Both the position numbers and the translations under genes were made by a program. A DNA stretch of 64,000 bases from Octopus bimaculoides (taxonomy: Eukaryota): positions 20,858,418 through 20,922,417 of the forward strand of contig NC_069007.1 of assembly GCF_001194135.2 (NCBI RefSeq). Direction: 5' to 3'. Shown here one piece after another: positions 47,686 to 59,460 of this stretch (position 1 is the first letter of the stretch; each line of letters starts with the position of its first letter). Under the pieces are notes generated by a model that worked only from the letters and a program-made list of their open reading frames with translations, searched no databases and had not been told where the DNA came from.

Positions 47686-48056
47686 TTTGTTGGCACTCCG
47701 TCGCTTACGATGTCGAGGGTTCCAGTTGATCCGATCAACGGAACAGCCTGCTCGTGAAATTAACGTGCAAGGGGCTTCACACTCCACAGACACGTGTACC
47801 CTTAACGTAGTTGCCGGGGATATTCAGCGTGACACAGTGTGACAAGGCTGACCCTTTGAATTACAGGCACAACAGAAACAGGAAGTAAGAGTGAGAGAAA
47901 GGTGTGGTGGAAGAGTACAGCAGGGTTCGCCACCATCCCCTGCCGGAGCCTCGTGGTGCTTTAGGTATTTTCGCTCAATAAACACTCAGAACGCCCGGTC
48001 TGGGAATCGAAACCGCGAGCCCGCTGCCCTAACCACTGGGCCATTGCGCCTCCACC
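47686..48056 (-). mobile_element. Full-length tRNA-derived SINE (family E) with a 12-bp target-site duplication
   Basis: tRNA-like head GGAGGCGCAATGGCCCAGTGGTTAGGGC on the minus strand; GAGATAACCTTA at 47674-47685 and 48057-48068. Confidence 0.9.
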
Positions 48057-49937
48057 GAGATAACCTTAACAAAGTAATGTAAAAGCACATTGTTAATGCA
48101 GTAGAATGTGGGATTGACTTATAAAAACGTTTAGTATATTATGCTTGCATAACAGAATACCACAAGTCATTATTATTTATGTACCAGCTTCCAGGAATGC
48201 ATTTAATATGATGTCTCGTATACAAAATGTAGCAACAAAAATCAGTGCTGACCATAATTTCTATAGAATATCTGTAGAGATCAGAAGTCGGCAAGCAGTC
48301 AGGAATGTTAGCACACAGATGGACGAAATGCCGTTTAGCATCTTGTCTAGTGTGCCAACGATTCTGCCAACTCGCCTCAAATTATTACCCACTGAAATAC
48401 GTAAATTTCCCCCAACTTCGGAATTGTGCTTTTAAACCCCTAACTGTGTAAAGTGCCTCTGGAACCCTTAACTGTATTAAGAGCCTCAGGACTTATTGAG
48501 AGACTGCTGTTAAAAGTAGAGTTATTTCCCCTGTTACTTAATTACTAAATCTTCGGTTGTTTCACACACGTCTACGTAACTTGATCAGTTCCACTTTACA
48601 ACTGATATTTAACGGGATCCAATTAAATCCACATGATTGGTAATTAACTGTGTAAAGAAAGAGATACAGCATTCATTATTACGTTGATCTACATCAACTT
48701 TTGTTATAAAAACCTAGAAATTCCCTCGAAACTGTTATTGTCCAGTCTGATTTAAGTTCAGACGTCTCGATCGCATCGTCACATTTTCCTCTTTAGCTTT
48801 ATATACTAATTATGTAAGTATTACATTTATATAAACACTTATATTGTATATATATGTCATGTTGATACATTTCTTTCTTATGATTTCGTATTACACTTGA
48901 AATAGCCTGACATCTCCGAAAGAAGAAATCATTTTCGTCTTTAATAAACGTAAAATAATTTGTATATACACACAGTCACAGATCTGTGTGTATATGTTTA
49001 CATGTATGTCTGTGTATAAATAAATAAAAATATATATCTATATATATATATACTGCTGGTATATAAAAATGTATTTTCTGAAATTGCAAATTATTTAAAA
49101 TATAAATATATAATTTTCAACAGAGAGAATTTATCAAAATAGAGAACAAATGAAGTTTGAAGTTAAGTTTAAAAATAAATGTGATACTTATACTCTGGAA
49201 TGGTGTCGAATTTGTTCCAATAACTTTCCGAAGATTTCGTCCTTAAATTCATAACGCCACATGCATATATTTGTGTGTGTGTGTCTGCATTTGTCCCCCC
49301 AACCTAAGTCGCTTGACAACCGATGTTGCATTGTTAACGTCTCCGTAACGTAGCAGTTCGGCAAAAGAAACCGATAGAGTACGTACTAGTCTTACAAAGA
49401 ATAAGTCCTGGGGATCGATTTCTTTGACTAAAATCCTTGAAGACTGCTCCATCATGGCTGTAGCCAAATGACTGAAGTAAAAGAGTAAAAAAATATATAG
49501 ATATAGATAGAGGGAGAGAGAGTGTTCAAATTTAGTGAAAACAAAAGATAAAGAAAGGTGAGAGAAGGGGACAACAGGTATGTGTATTAGTTTAATGCTC
49601 TGGAAGAATGGAAAAGTCATTGATGTTTCGAGGCTACACTCTTTGGTAGAAAGGATTAAGAGGGGGGGGGGATGAAAAACGATGATAAGTGTGTGAATCA
49701 GAGAGTGAAATAAAATCATAATTAACTGACCCTCCTGTATTTTCTTTTACCCAAAGCCAGGAACTTTTTACATCACCTTGTACATATACACCTATCAGTC
49801 TTGTAAATGGAAGACTATATTGGTTAAGTTCATTTGTTCACATGAAGGAATATATCTACAGTTTATGAGTGTAGAAATAAAGTAAAATTTCACTGTTGTA
49901 TCTCGACTTATTAAGTAACCACTCCTTCTTATTCACT

Positions 49938-49953
49938 TCCTCTATTATTTCAG
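49938..49953 (+). other. Splice acceptor upstream of ZF14
   Basis: TCCTCTATTATTTCAG|GACATCAGA, homologous to the other CD-family acceptors. Confidence 0.65.
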
Positions 49954-50363
49954 GACATCAGACGACGTTGACAGAAGCGAATTCTTCACTTCAGATGTAT
50001 CATCTATATTAGCTTTTAAGGATTCAAGGAGGTTGTTATACAGAGATATAATCCATGCTGAACTATTGNNNNNNNNNNNNNNNNNNNNNNNNNNNNNNNN
50101 NNNNNNNNNNNNNNNNNNNNNNNNNNNNNNNNNNNNNNNNNGGACAAATTTATGAAGGAGTTCACAGCATCTTTAAATACCAACAAAGATCTCATTTGGT
50201 GGAAGTATAGGAGAGGCATGTTCATTGTGATTAAACTATATATATATTAAAGAAAGAACAGTAAAAATATTCTCAATATCTATGTATTCTGGTGATAGAG
50301 AAAAACTCATGGGAATATGAATTATATAAGAAGCTGAAAGGATTGATATCTTTTTCTTGGGAA

Positions 50364-51326
50364 ATGCCAAAAGTAACAGGAAAATCATCATACGACTGTG
50401 ATATCTGTAAAAAGTCCTTCTCTCAAAAGTGTAACCTTAAGACGCACGAATGCATTCATACAGGAGAGAAGCCATTTCACTGTGATATCTGTGGTAAATC
50501 ATTCTCTCAGACAGGTGGTTTAACTGCTCACAAACGTAGTCATACAGGTGATAAACCTTATCATTGTGATATATGTGATAAATCATTCTCTCATACAGGT
50601 AGCTTAACTACACACAAATATATTCATACTGGAGAGAAACCATATCACTGTGATATCTGTGGAAAATTATTCTCTCAAAATGATACCTTAGCAAAACATA
50701 AACGTATTCATACAGGAGAGAAACCATATCACTGTGATACTTGTGGCAAGTCCTTCTCTCAGACAGGTACTCTAACAAGACACAAACGTATTCATACAGG
50801 AGAGAAACCGTATCATTGTGATGTCTGTGGTAAATCATTTTCTCATACTGGTAATTTAACTATACACAAATATATTCATACAGGAGACAAACCATATCGC
50901 TGCGATATCTGTGGTAAATCATTCTCTCAGACAGGCAGCTTAACTACACACAAGTACACGCATACAGGTGAGAAGCCATATCACTGCGATATCTGTGGTA
51001 AATCATTCTCTCAAACCAGTCACTTATCTGCTCACAAGTATATTCATACAGGAGAGAAACCATATTGCTGTGATGTCTGTGGCAAAGCATTCTCAGAAGG
51101 AAGTAAATTAACTAAACACATACGTAGTCACACAGGAGACAAACCCTATCCCTGTAACATCTGTGGTAAATCATTCTCTGATGGAGCTGTCTTGACCAAA
51201 CACAGACACATTCATACAGGAGAGAAACCATATCAGTGTGACATTTGTGGTAAATCATTCTCACGTAGTGGTGATTTAGCTAAACACAGACGTGTTCATT
51301 TAGAGATAGAAACCATAATGCTATGA
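50364..51326 (+). CDS. ZF14: C2H2 zinc-finger protein, 11 fingers (CD family)
   Basis: Track ORF starts at GTG 50292; ATG at 50364 (MPKVTGK...). Confidence 0.9.
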   Translation: MPKVTGKSSYDCDICKKSFSQKCNLKTHECIHTGEKPFHCDICGKSFSQTGGLTAHKRSHTGDKPYHCDICDKSFSHTGSLTTHKYIHTGEKPYHCDICGKLFSQNDTLAKHKRIHTGEKPYHCDTCGKSFSQTGTLTRHKRIHTGEKPYHCDVCGKSFSHTGNLTIHKYIHTGDKPYRCDICGKSFSQTGSLTTHKYTHTGEKPYHCDICGKSFSQTSHLSAHKYIHTGEKPYCCDVCGKAFSEGSKLTKHIRSHTGDKPYPCNICGKSFSDGAVLTKHRHIHTGEKPYQCDICGKSFSRSGDLAKHRRVHLEIETIML

Positions 51327-51452
51327 TGATTATCATCCAGTATTTTAAATCTGGGACTTGTCCCCGTTAACAGGTGTGGCTGGATCTACCTTGATGCCAT
51401 AGCAACCACCCTCACTTCTCAAACCAACCTTCCCAATCTCTTCCTCCACCTG

Positions 51453-51468
51453 TCCTCTATTATTTCAG
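51453..51468 (+). other. Splice acceptor upstream of ZF15
   Basis: Identical 16-mer to the ZF14 acceptor. Confidence 0.6.
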
Positions 51469-51952
51469 GACATCAGACAACATTGACAGAAGCGAATTCT
51501 TCACTTCAGATGTATCATCTATATTAGCTTTTAAGGATTCAAGGAGGTTGTTATACAGAGATATAATCCATGCTGAACTATTGTGAAATATTTCTTCTGA
51601 ACTGCAATTTATAAATTTCTCAACTTCAGCATCTGGAATGTGTGTGAGATGCTTTTGTGTTCTACATAATCATGGACAAATTTATGAAGGAGTTCACAGC
51701 ATCTTTAAATACCAACAAAGATCTCATTTGGTGGAAGTATAGGAGAGGCATGTTCATTGTGATTAAACTATATATATATTAAAGAAAGAACNNNNNNNNN
51801 NGAGGCATGTTCATTGTGATTAAACTATATATATATTAAAGAAAGAACAGTAAAAATATTCTCAATATCTATGTATTCTGGTGATAGAGAAAAACTCATG
51901 GGAATATGAATTATATAAGAAGCTGAAAGGATTGAAATCTTTTTCTTGAGAG

Positions 51953-52999
51953 ATGCCAAAAATGACAGGAAAATCATCATACGACTGTGATATCTGTAAA
52001 AAGTCCTTCTCTCAAAAATGTAACCTCAACACGCACAAATGCATTCATACAGGAGAGAAGCCATTTCACTGTGATATCTGTGGTAAATCATTCTCTCAGA
52101 CAGGTGGTTTAACTGCTCACAAACGTAGTCATACAGGTGATAAACCTTATCGTTGTGATATCTGTGGAATATTATTCTCTCAAAAAGATAACCTAGCAAA
52201 ACATAAACGTATTCATACAGGAGAGAAACCATATCACTGTGATACTTGTGGCAAGTCCTTCTCTCAGACAGGTACTCTAACAAGACACAAACGCATTCAT
52301 ACAGGAGATAAACCATATCACTGTGATATCTGTGGTAAATCATTTTCTCATACTGGTAATTTAACTATACACAAATATATTCATACAGGAGACAAACCAT
52401 ATCGCTGCGATATCTGTGGTAAATCATTCTCTCATACAAGTAGGTTAACTACACACAAGTACATGCATACAGGTGAGAAGCCATATCACTGCGATATCTG
52501 TGGTAAAGCATTCTCTCAAAACAGTCACTTATCTGCTCACAAACTAATTCATACAGGGGAGAAACCATATTGCTGTGATGTCTGTGGCAAAGCATTCTCA
52601 GAAGGAAATAAATTAACTAAACACATACGTAGTCACACAGGAGACAAACCCTATCCCTGTGATATCTGTGGTAAATCATTCTCTCAGACAGGTAGCTTAA
52701 CTATACACAAGTACACGCATACAGGAGAGAAACCACATCAGTGTGATATCTGTGGTAAATCATTCTCTCAAACCAGTCACTTATCTGCTCACAAGTATAT
52801 CCATACAGGGGAGAAACCATATCCCTGTGATATCTGTGGCAAAGCATTCTCAGAAGGAAGTAAATTAACTCAACACAAACGCATTCATACAGGCGAGAAA
52901 CCATATCAGTGTGATATCTGTGAAAAATCTTTCTCACGTAGTGGTGATTTAGCTAAACACAGACGTGTTCATATTGAGATGGAAACCATAATGCTATGA
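51953..52999 (+). CDS. ZF15: C2H2 zinc-finger protein, 12 fingers, close tandem duplicate of ZF14 (CD family)
   Basis: ORF MPKMTGK...ETIML*; same N- and C-termini as ZF14. Could be an uncollapsed haplotype. Confidence 0.82.
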   Translation: MPKMTGKSSYDCDICKKSFSQKCNLNTHKCIHTGEKPFHCDICGKSFSQTGGLTAHKRSHTGDKPYRCDICGILFSQKDNLAKHKRIHTGEKPYHCDTCGKSFSQTGTLTRHKRIHTGDKPYHCDICGKSFSHTGNLTIHKYIHTGDKPYRCDICGKSFSHTSRLTTHKYMHTGEKPYHCDICGKAFSQNSHLSAHKLIHTGEKPYCCDVCGKAFSEGNKLTKHIRSHTGDKPYPCDICGKSFSQTGSLTIHKYTHTGEKPHQCDICGKSFSQTSHLSAHKYIHTGEKPYPCDICGKAFSEGSKLTQHKRIHTGEKPYQCDICEKSFSRSGDLAKHRRVHIEMETIML

Positions 53000-54332
53000 T
53001 AGCTGTAATAAATCTTTTTCTCAAAAAGCTAATTAACGTGTGTATGCATTTCTGCAGAAAAATAACAAATGATATCAAAAATCACTCCAGAATATTAACA
53101 GAATTTACATAAATGTATATTTAAGGGAAACAAAATATATAGGTGTGATAACAATCTTCAAATGTTATATTTTATATAACCACGTCTGTATCTACACTGG
53201 TATATGAACATAACACTGTCATCATCATCATTGTTTAACGTCCACCTTCCATGCTAGCATGGGTGAGATGGCGTGACAGGGGCTGGTCAGGCAGATGTCT
53301 GCACCAGACTTCTGTGACTGTCATATTTTGAACAAAAGTATTACTTAAATGGAATATATAAATAAAAGTATTTATTTGTATATTTGGTCTTACATATCTG
53401 CTGAAGGAAAAATAGATGCTTTGGATGTCTCTAGGCCATGATAATATATACATGTATCTAATATATATATCTTCTGGATTTTATATCAATTGTTTCCTTT
53501 TTATTCTGGTTTAAATTTTATAATGTATGCTTCCCATCAAAAGAATAATTCTATTTATAGTACGGTTCCTTCCCAATTTGATGGGTAGACTGAATGTTCA
53601 TTTACAAGTACCACTGCAACATTAACTTTTAAACGGCAGGAAAGGTTTGCATGAGTGTACAGTAATACCTCACTTTACAAGGACCCACTTTATGAGACCC
53701 AGGATTTACAAGCTTTTCTGAGTTTTACTTTCTGTTTACGAGATTTTGCTTTATGAACGTTCTCCAAGAACAAATTAACTCATATATCGAGACATTACTG
53801 TATCTTGTAAACAGGTACAAAAAATAACAACACAACAAAAGGTATCTCTTTTTCTAAAGGACAATTCTTATATTTATTTTCATTTCAAACAAATTTTAAA
53901 AATTTATAATCCTCGTTAGTCTCTCGCACAATAAAACTTACAATACCATTATGAATGAGTGTCATAAAGTATTTGTTTCCATTTGCAATCAGTGGATGGA
54001 GAAGAATCTGTACACTTTTCCCATTTAGAGCTGGTTGAAGCATCAGTTTTTTTTTTCTCTGCTGTGTAGAGTGTCATCACCATCTGATGATGAAGGAAGG
54101 TCAGAAAAAAAGAAAAGAACTTCATCGCTGTATAAATCTTCTGTTTGCAACCCGATTTCTGGTTTTGATAGGGCCGCCTATGCTTAGGCACATGTGAGGC
54201 AGTAGACAGTCAGGCATCAATTAATGATGAAACACCAGTTGATGGTGTCCAGAAATTAACATCTACATAAAGTGGTTGGTATAATTTGTGAATTACCACC
54301 ATCGTCAATGTTTTAATATTCATTCTGCATGC

Positions 54333-54645
54333 AAAGTGGTGAGCTGAAATGTTAGCATGCCGGGCGAAATGCTTAATGGTATTTCGTCTGTCTTTATGTT
54401 CTGAGTTCAAATTACGCTGAGGTCAACTTTGCCTTTCATCTTTTCAGGGTTGATAAATTAAGTACCAGTGGTGTACTGGGGTTGATCTAATCGACTGGCC
54501 CCTCTCACAAAATTTCAGGCCTTGTACCTAGAGTAGAAAAGAATATTCATTCTACATGTAAGGCGGCAAACTGGCTGAAACGTTAGGATGCCAGGCGAAA
54601 TGCTTAGCGGTATTTTGTCTGTCTTTACGTTCTGAGTTCAAATTC
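54333..54645 (+). mobile_element. SINE family A full copy followed by a second 5' half
   Basis: Two heads, each preceded by ATATTCATTCT(G/A)CATG(C/T)AA. Confidence 0.8.
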
Positions 54646-54659
54646 GATGGTGGTTTCAA

Positions 54660-54836
54660 CAGTTTCAAGAGAGGGGGTATCTGTGTAACGGAAAAAGTCC
54701 AGGACGACCACAAGTTTCAGGAAATAAAAGTTGATTGTGAGTAAATACTTGTGACTTAGCTGGAGTTTTTCTATTGCTTTTCCTTATCAAAATATAGCGT
54801 AATGAAATTGGTTCATTCTTTTTGAATACCCCTGTA
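54660..54836 (+). mobile_element. Tc1/mariner remnant
   Basis: Fragment translates G-Y-L-C-N-G-K-S-P-G-R-P-Q-V-S (GRP motif); TIR-like end GGTTCATTCTTTTTGAATACCCCTGTA. Confidence 0.55.
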
Positions 54837-54980
54837 TAATTCAACGTTAGGTGAAACAAAATCAGCCTAGGACATGCACAGGTGTCTTACTACAGAGGAA
54901 ACACATGGCTAAAGCAAGACAGAGGAACATGCACAAGTATCTTGCTATAAAAGAAATACATGGCTATCATGATCAACGTT

Positions 54981-56462
54981 TCATGCAGTGTGCATTGTTG
55001 CATGTTTCTTTAAGCTATCACTTCTGGTAAACGATTTCCCACATATTTCACAAGGATGCGGTCTTTCTCCGGTATGTGTTCTTCTGTGAACTATTAGATT
55101 TGAATTATAAGAAAAAGATTTACCACATATTTCACAACACAGTTTTTCTCCAGTGTGGATTTTTTTGTGTTGTGACAAGACATTATTATTGGAGAAAGAT
55201 TTGCCGCAGATGTTACATTTAAAGGATTTCCCTCCAGTATGTGTCCTTCTGTGAGCAGAAAGATAAGATTTATGAAAGAAACTTTTCCCACATATTTCAC
55301 AGTAACAAGTTTTCTCTCCACTGTGTATTCTCTTATGGACAGAAAGATTGAAATTATTAGAGAAATATTTGTTACATATTTCACAATGACTGAGTTTTTC
55401 TCCAGTGTGTGTTCTTCTGTGTCTTTTTAAAGAATTATTCAAACTAAAAGACATTCCGCATATCTCACAGACAAATGGTTTTTCTCCAGTGTGTGTTGTT
55501 TTGTGTCTTTTTAAAGAATAATTCAAGCTAAACGACTTCCCACAAATCACGCAGAGAAAAGCTTTTTCTCCGGTGTGTGTTCTTTTGTGTCCAACAAGAT
55601 TGGCATTGTTAGAGAAAGATTTGCCACAAATTTCACAACAATATGGTCTTTCCCCAGTATGGGTCCTGTTGTGTATTTTTAATTTACTACTACACATAAA
55701 TGCTTTCCCACATATTTCACAGTGGAAGGGTATTTGTCCAGTATGGGCCCTGTCATGTAGTTTTAACTTACTACTAGATATAAATGCTTTTCCACATATT
55801 CTACAGTGATACGGTTTCTCTCCTGTATGAGTCCTGTTGTGCTCTTTTAAGTGACAACTAGTTACAAATGCTTTTCCACATATTTCACAGTGATAAGGTT
55901 TTTCTCCAGTATGGATCCTTTTATGTGTTTTTAACTGAATATTAGACACAAATGATTTTCCACAAACTTCACAGCAGAAGGGTTTTTCTCCAGTATGAAT
56001 CCTGTTGTGTATTTTCAAATTTGTTCTCGACACAAAAGTATTTCTGCATATTTCACAGTGATAGAGTTTTTTCCCAGCGTGTGTTTTTATGTGTTGTGTT
56101 AAATTACTTTTAGAGCCAAATGCTTTTCCACATATTTCACAGGGATAAGGTTTTTCTCCCGTATGAGTTCTGTTATGTATTTTTAATTGACTACTACACA
56201 CAAACGACTTGCCGCATATTTCACACTGATATGGTTTTTTCCTATTGTGCATTTCTTTGTGTTCGAAGATTTCCTGTTCTAAAGAGAAAAGTTTCCCACA
56301 AACATCACATTTATGTTTCGTAATATTTACCTGGAACAATCGTTTAGTAAATGTTTCCCCATGTAGAGATTTCTCATATTTCTCCGTGTCCCTAACTGTA
56401 TTTGTATTGTTAAAAACAGTTGTGTTAGACGTATTGAAGTCCTTAACGTCCTCCATGTTCAT
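54981..56462 (-). CDS. ZF16: C2H2 zinc-finger protein, 16 fingers (divergent MEDV family)
   Basis: ORF MNMEDVKDFNTSN...; MEDV ATG at 56456. Confidence 0.93.
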   Translation of the reverse strand: MNMEDVKDFNTSNTTVFNNTNTVRDTEKYEKSLHGETFTKRLFQVNITKHKCDVCGKLFSLEQEIFEHKEMHNRKKPYQCEICGKSFVCSSQLKIHNRTHTGEKPYPCEICGKAFGSKSNLTQHIKTHAGKKLYHCEICRNTFVSRTNLKIHNRIHTGEKPFCCEVCGKSFVSNIQLKTHKRIHTGEKPYHCEICGKAFVTSCHLKEHNRTHTGEKPYHCRICGKAFISSSKLKLHDRAHTGQIPFHCEICGKAFMCSSKLKIHNRTHTGERPYCCEICGKSFSNNANLVGHKRTHTGEKAFLCVICGKSFSLNYSLKRHKTTHTGEKPFVCEICGMSFSLNNSLKRHRRTHTGEKLSHCEICNKYFSNNFNLSVHKRIHSGEKTCYCEICGKSFFHKSYLSAHRRTHTGGKSFKCNICGKSFSNNNVLSQHKKIHTGEKLCCEICGKSFSYNSNLIVHRRTHTGERPHPCEICGKSFTRSDSLKKHATMHTA

Positions 56463-57378
56463 TCACGAATTCTTCGAAGCTGGAGTACGTCTGTGAGTTA
56501 ATTACGGTTTAGCTTTTTGTCACTAATATCAAGAAGGTCTGTTTAATTGCGTGGAACTACAACGATCGTTCCATGTATACATATTACTTAGCAGCAGAAA
56601 AACTGTTGCCGACTGGGTCCCTATATCCATGTAGAGGCAATCAATTTCTATTTACGTATTGTCAAAGTACTCGATACAAATAAGCGTGTGTGTATATATG
56701 TGGATCTAGATATTAACCTATGTGTGTGTGTGCTGCTGAATGTAGTTTAGCAATGCGAAATGGCACAAGACAACGATAGATGGATAGTTAACTCTACAAC
56801 GGATTCTTTGTTTCTTAAGAACCACAGAAAACGATTTAACTCTCGGACAAACAGGCTCGTAGGTTCAATACCTTCTTTAACTCTGTGTGTTAATTAGTGA
56901 GAGAGATCCTATTAAATTGTGACAGTTGTTTACGCTGGTGAGTAGAAGAAAAGTCCACAGTTTGTGATGTGTTTTGCCAATCCAAATAATTTGTGTTTTC
57001 GCTTTGAAATCCAAACGAAAAGTGTGTCAGCAAAAGTTGAATGATTTGTTGGTCGTTAAAAGTTATTTACTGTCTTCTTCCTGTAAATTAGGGAACAATT
57101 AACGATGTTATTTTTGTGATGAAATGAAATATCAATCATGAAGGTAATGGAAATCACCGATCCAGGAACACGCGGAGGTTCTCTTACCTTAGCCACAATT
57201 ATTAACGTTTACTTTAACTTGAGATAATTACTACAGAAAACATTAATAAAATTGCTCCCCTTGTTTCAATGACATCGGTGACATACGTAAAAAATCCTGT
57301 ATGTAATTTGATTTATACAGACATACGTACTACATACATATAATCAAGCAATATATTCCTGGTAATGTCATATAATCA

Positions 57379-57562
57379 GGAGGCGCAATAGCCCAGTGGT
57401 TAGGGCAGCAGACTCGCGGTTTCGATTCCCAGACCGGGCGTTGTGAGTGTTTATTGAGCGAAAACACCTAAAGCTCCACGAGGCTCCGGCAGGGGATGGT
57501 GGCGAACCCTGCTGTACTCTTTCACTACAACTTTCTCTCACTCTTTCTTCCTGTTTCTGTAT
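57379..57562 (+). mobile_element. SINE family E, 5' half
   Basis: Same head and body as the 62572 copy; abuts the transposase remnant. Confidence 0.85.
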
Positions 57563-57564
57563 TT

Positions 57565-58185
57565 CAAACATGAATTGCTTGATGAATCCGAGTTTGATGT
57601 GCAAAGGGTGGAAAATGATCTTATTTCACTCAACTAAAGGTTCTTCCAATATATTGGCAGTTCTACATGGAGCCATATTTGCTCAAAGCAGCCAGTCTGT
57701 CTTAACATAGTGATTTACTCGGTCTCTACTGTCTCACATGCAAGAAAATGCATGCGTATTTAGTATAACCAGATCGCTGTCCCATGAAAAAATTCACCAT
57801 CCTTAAGTCAACGCAGAAGATCCATTTATGATCATGATACAATATCTTCTCTAAAACCAACTTAATTTCTTCATATTTTCCCTTCAGAGGTGTTGAGTGG
57901 CCGAGTGGAACAGAGCCATACATATTTCCATTGTACAACAATATATATTTTAAATTACGCTTAGAGTTGTCTATGAAAAGACGCCATTCCTTTGGTTTGT
58001 ATTCCTCAATGCCAGGTTTATTAAGAAGCCCACTGACATCTCTGCAGTAAACCAGCTCTTCCTCTTTTGTGAAGAAAGAAAGGAACTCTTCATGCCAACT
58101 CCAATAGCAGGCTATATGGACACCATTCTCTGGAAGATTATTTTCTTTCAGTCGGGAAGCCAACAGTTCTGCAGAGTTTGACAGA
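57565..58185 (-). pseudogene. Disrupted DDE DNA-transposon transposase, most like Chapaev3 (CMC)
   Basis: SAELLASRLKENN...EWRLFIDNSKRNLK..LLYNGN...CVDLRMVNFFMGQRSGYTKY, then after a frameshift DSRDRVNHY...HPLHIKLGFIKQF; stops and frameshifts present. Superfamily assigned from memory. Confidence 0.7.
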
Positions 58186-58559
58186 AGTACTCACCAAGAG
58201 GAATGGAGAGGCAAAGCTCCACCTGCGGGTGCTAGTTCAGGCACAACCTTATGCAATTCCCTTTAGACACAATAATCACCTTATGGGATATCTATTGAAT
58301 GACTTAGCTCCAAGCCTGTCTTTGAAGCAATTTGATGGATTTCAATTGGTCTAAGTTGCAACAGTTTTGACCACTGCACCATGCTGGCTGTTCTAACTAT
58401 AACCAGTTACAGCCCAGTCTTCAGAAACTGGATGGTTACAATGTACGGCTGTATACATTTCATGGTCAAACTGAATGGCTACCCATCATAATTTTTTCAA
58501 TTTACGGAGTCGCTCTGCCGAGGATAACACTCCTCTGTTTTTACTTTATTTTTGGCCTT

Positions 58560-58930
58560 GGACCTTGGCTGTGGAGGCTAGAGGTGTCCAAGAGATACGC
58601 TGCTTGACCTAGGACACAAGATAGCAGTGTGTGCATACAAGAACAATGTGGCTGTTATGGTGTTGAGACACATCAGGTACCGAAATGATCAGCACCATTC
58701 TGGGAGAATAACAGGAATATGCATTGACTGGGAGAGGTGTTTGTGGGTCGCAACTAACACCTGGAGAGGTAGGTCAGAGTAGAAGTGAGGGTTCCTTTGT
58801 TGGATAGTAAATGTGCTTGAGGTCAGGTTCGAACAAGGTTCACAGGTGGATAAAAGCGAGGAAGAAGTTGCAATCTGAGTGGCCAGTGTCATCTAGGACT
58901 TCAACTGAGAGAGAAATGGGGAATCTGCAG
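58560..58930 (-). mobile_element. Probable LINE (CR1/L2-like) endonuclease-region remnant
   Basis: GC-richer decayed coding-like segment; only a weak motif resemblance. Confidence 0.3.
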
Positions 58931-59289
58931 TCTTAATGACCAAGTGAGGACATTTTAAACACACAAAATTTGAGAGAAAATCCTTTTACAAGAATATATT
59001 TTTGTTGATTTAACTTTATTTAAAATTTAATTTTTCAAGTAATTGTGAATTTTATAAACATCTATTATATTTCTTTATTGACACTTCTTTAATCATAATT
59101 GTGTTTGAAAAAGAAATTAAAAAAAAAAAAAATTGTACTGCAGGCACTTTGAAATCTGGTGTTTAAAAAAGAATTGTCTTTAGAGGTTTTTGTAAATAAT
59201 TATATTTTATATTGTAGTAGATATAGCAGCGCAGACATGGATGTGTAGTTAAAAAGGAAAGTACAGCAAGATAGATTTGCCAGCAGATA

Positions 59290-59460
59290 GGAAACCCAGG
59301 TCAAGACCAAACAGGTGATGGTTGGATGACATCCATAGATGGAGTTGGTTATGCTTTGGAATCCAGTCAGAAAGTTTAATGATAGTTGCATTTGACAGGA
59401 TCCAGTTCAGTAATGGGTAGAATAGAATGGCAGATGGATGGATCATGGCTGCATAGTTTC
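59290..59460 (+). mobile_element. LINE (RTE-like) 3' coding remnant
   Basis: Decayed G-x-P-R-x-R-W-L-D-D-I-like motif. Confidence 0.45.

Noticed and set aside
51745-51848. 47-bp direct repeat in the ZF15 leader
   Set aside because: It flanks a 10-N gap and is single-copy in ZF14; most likely an unmerged contig overlap.
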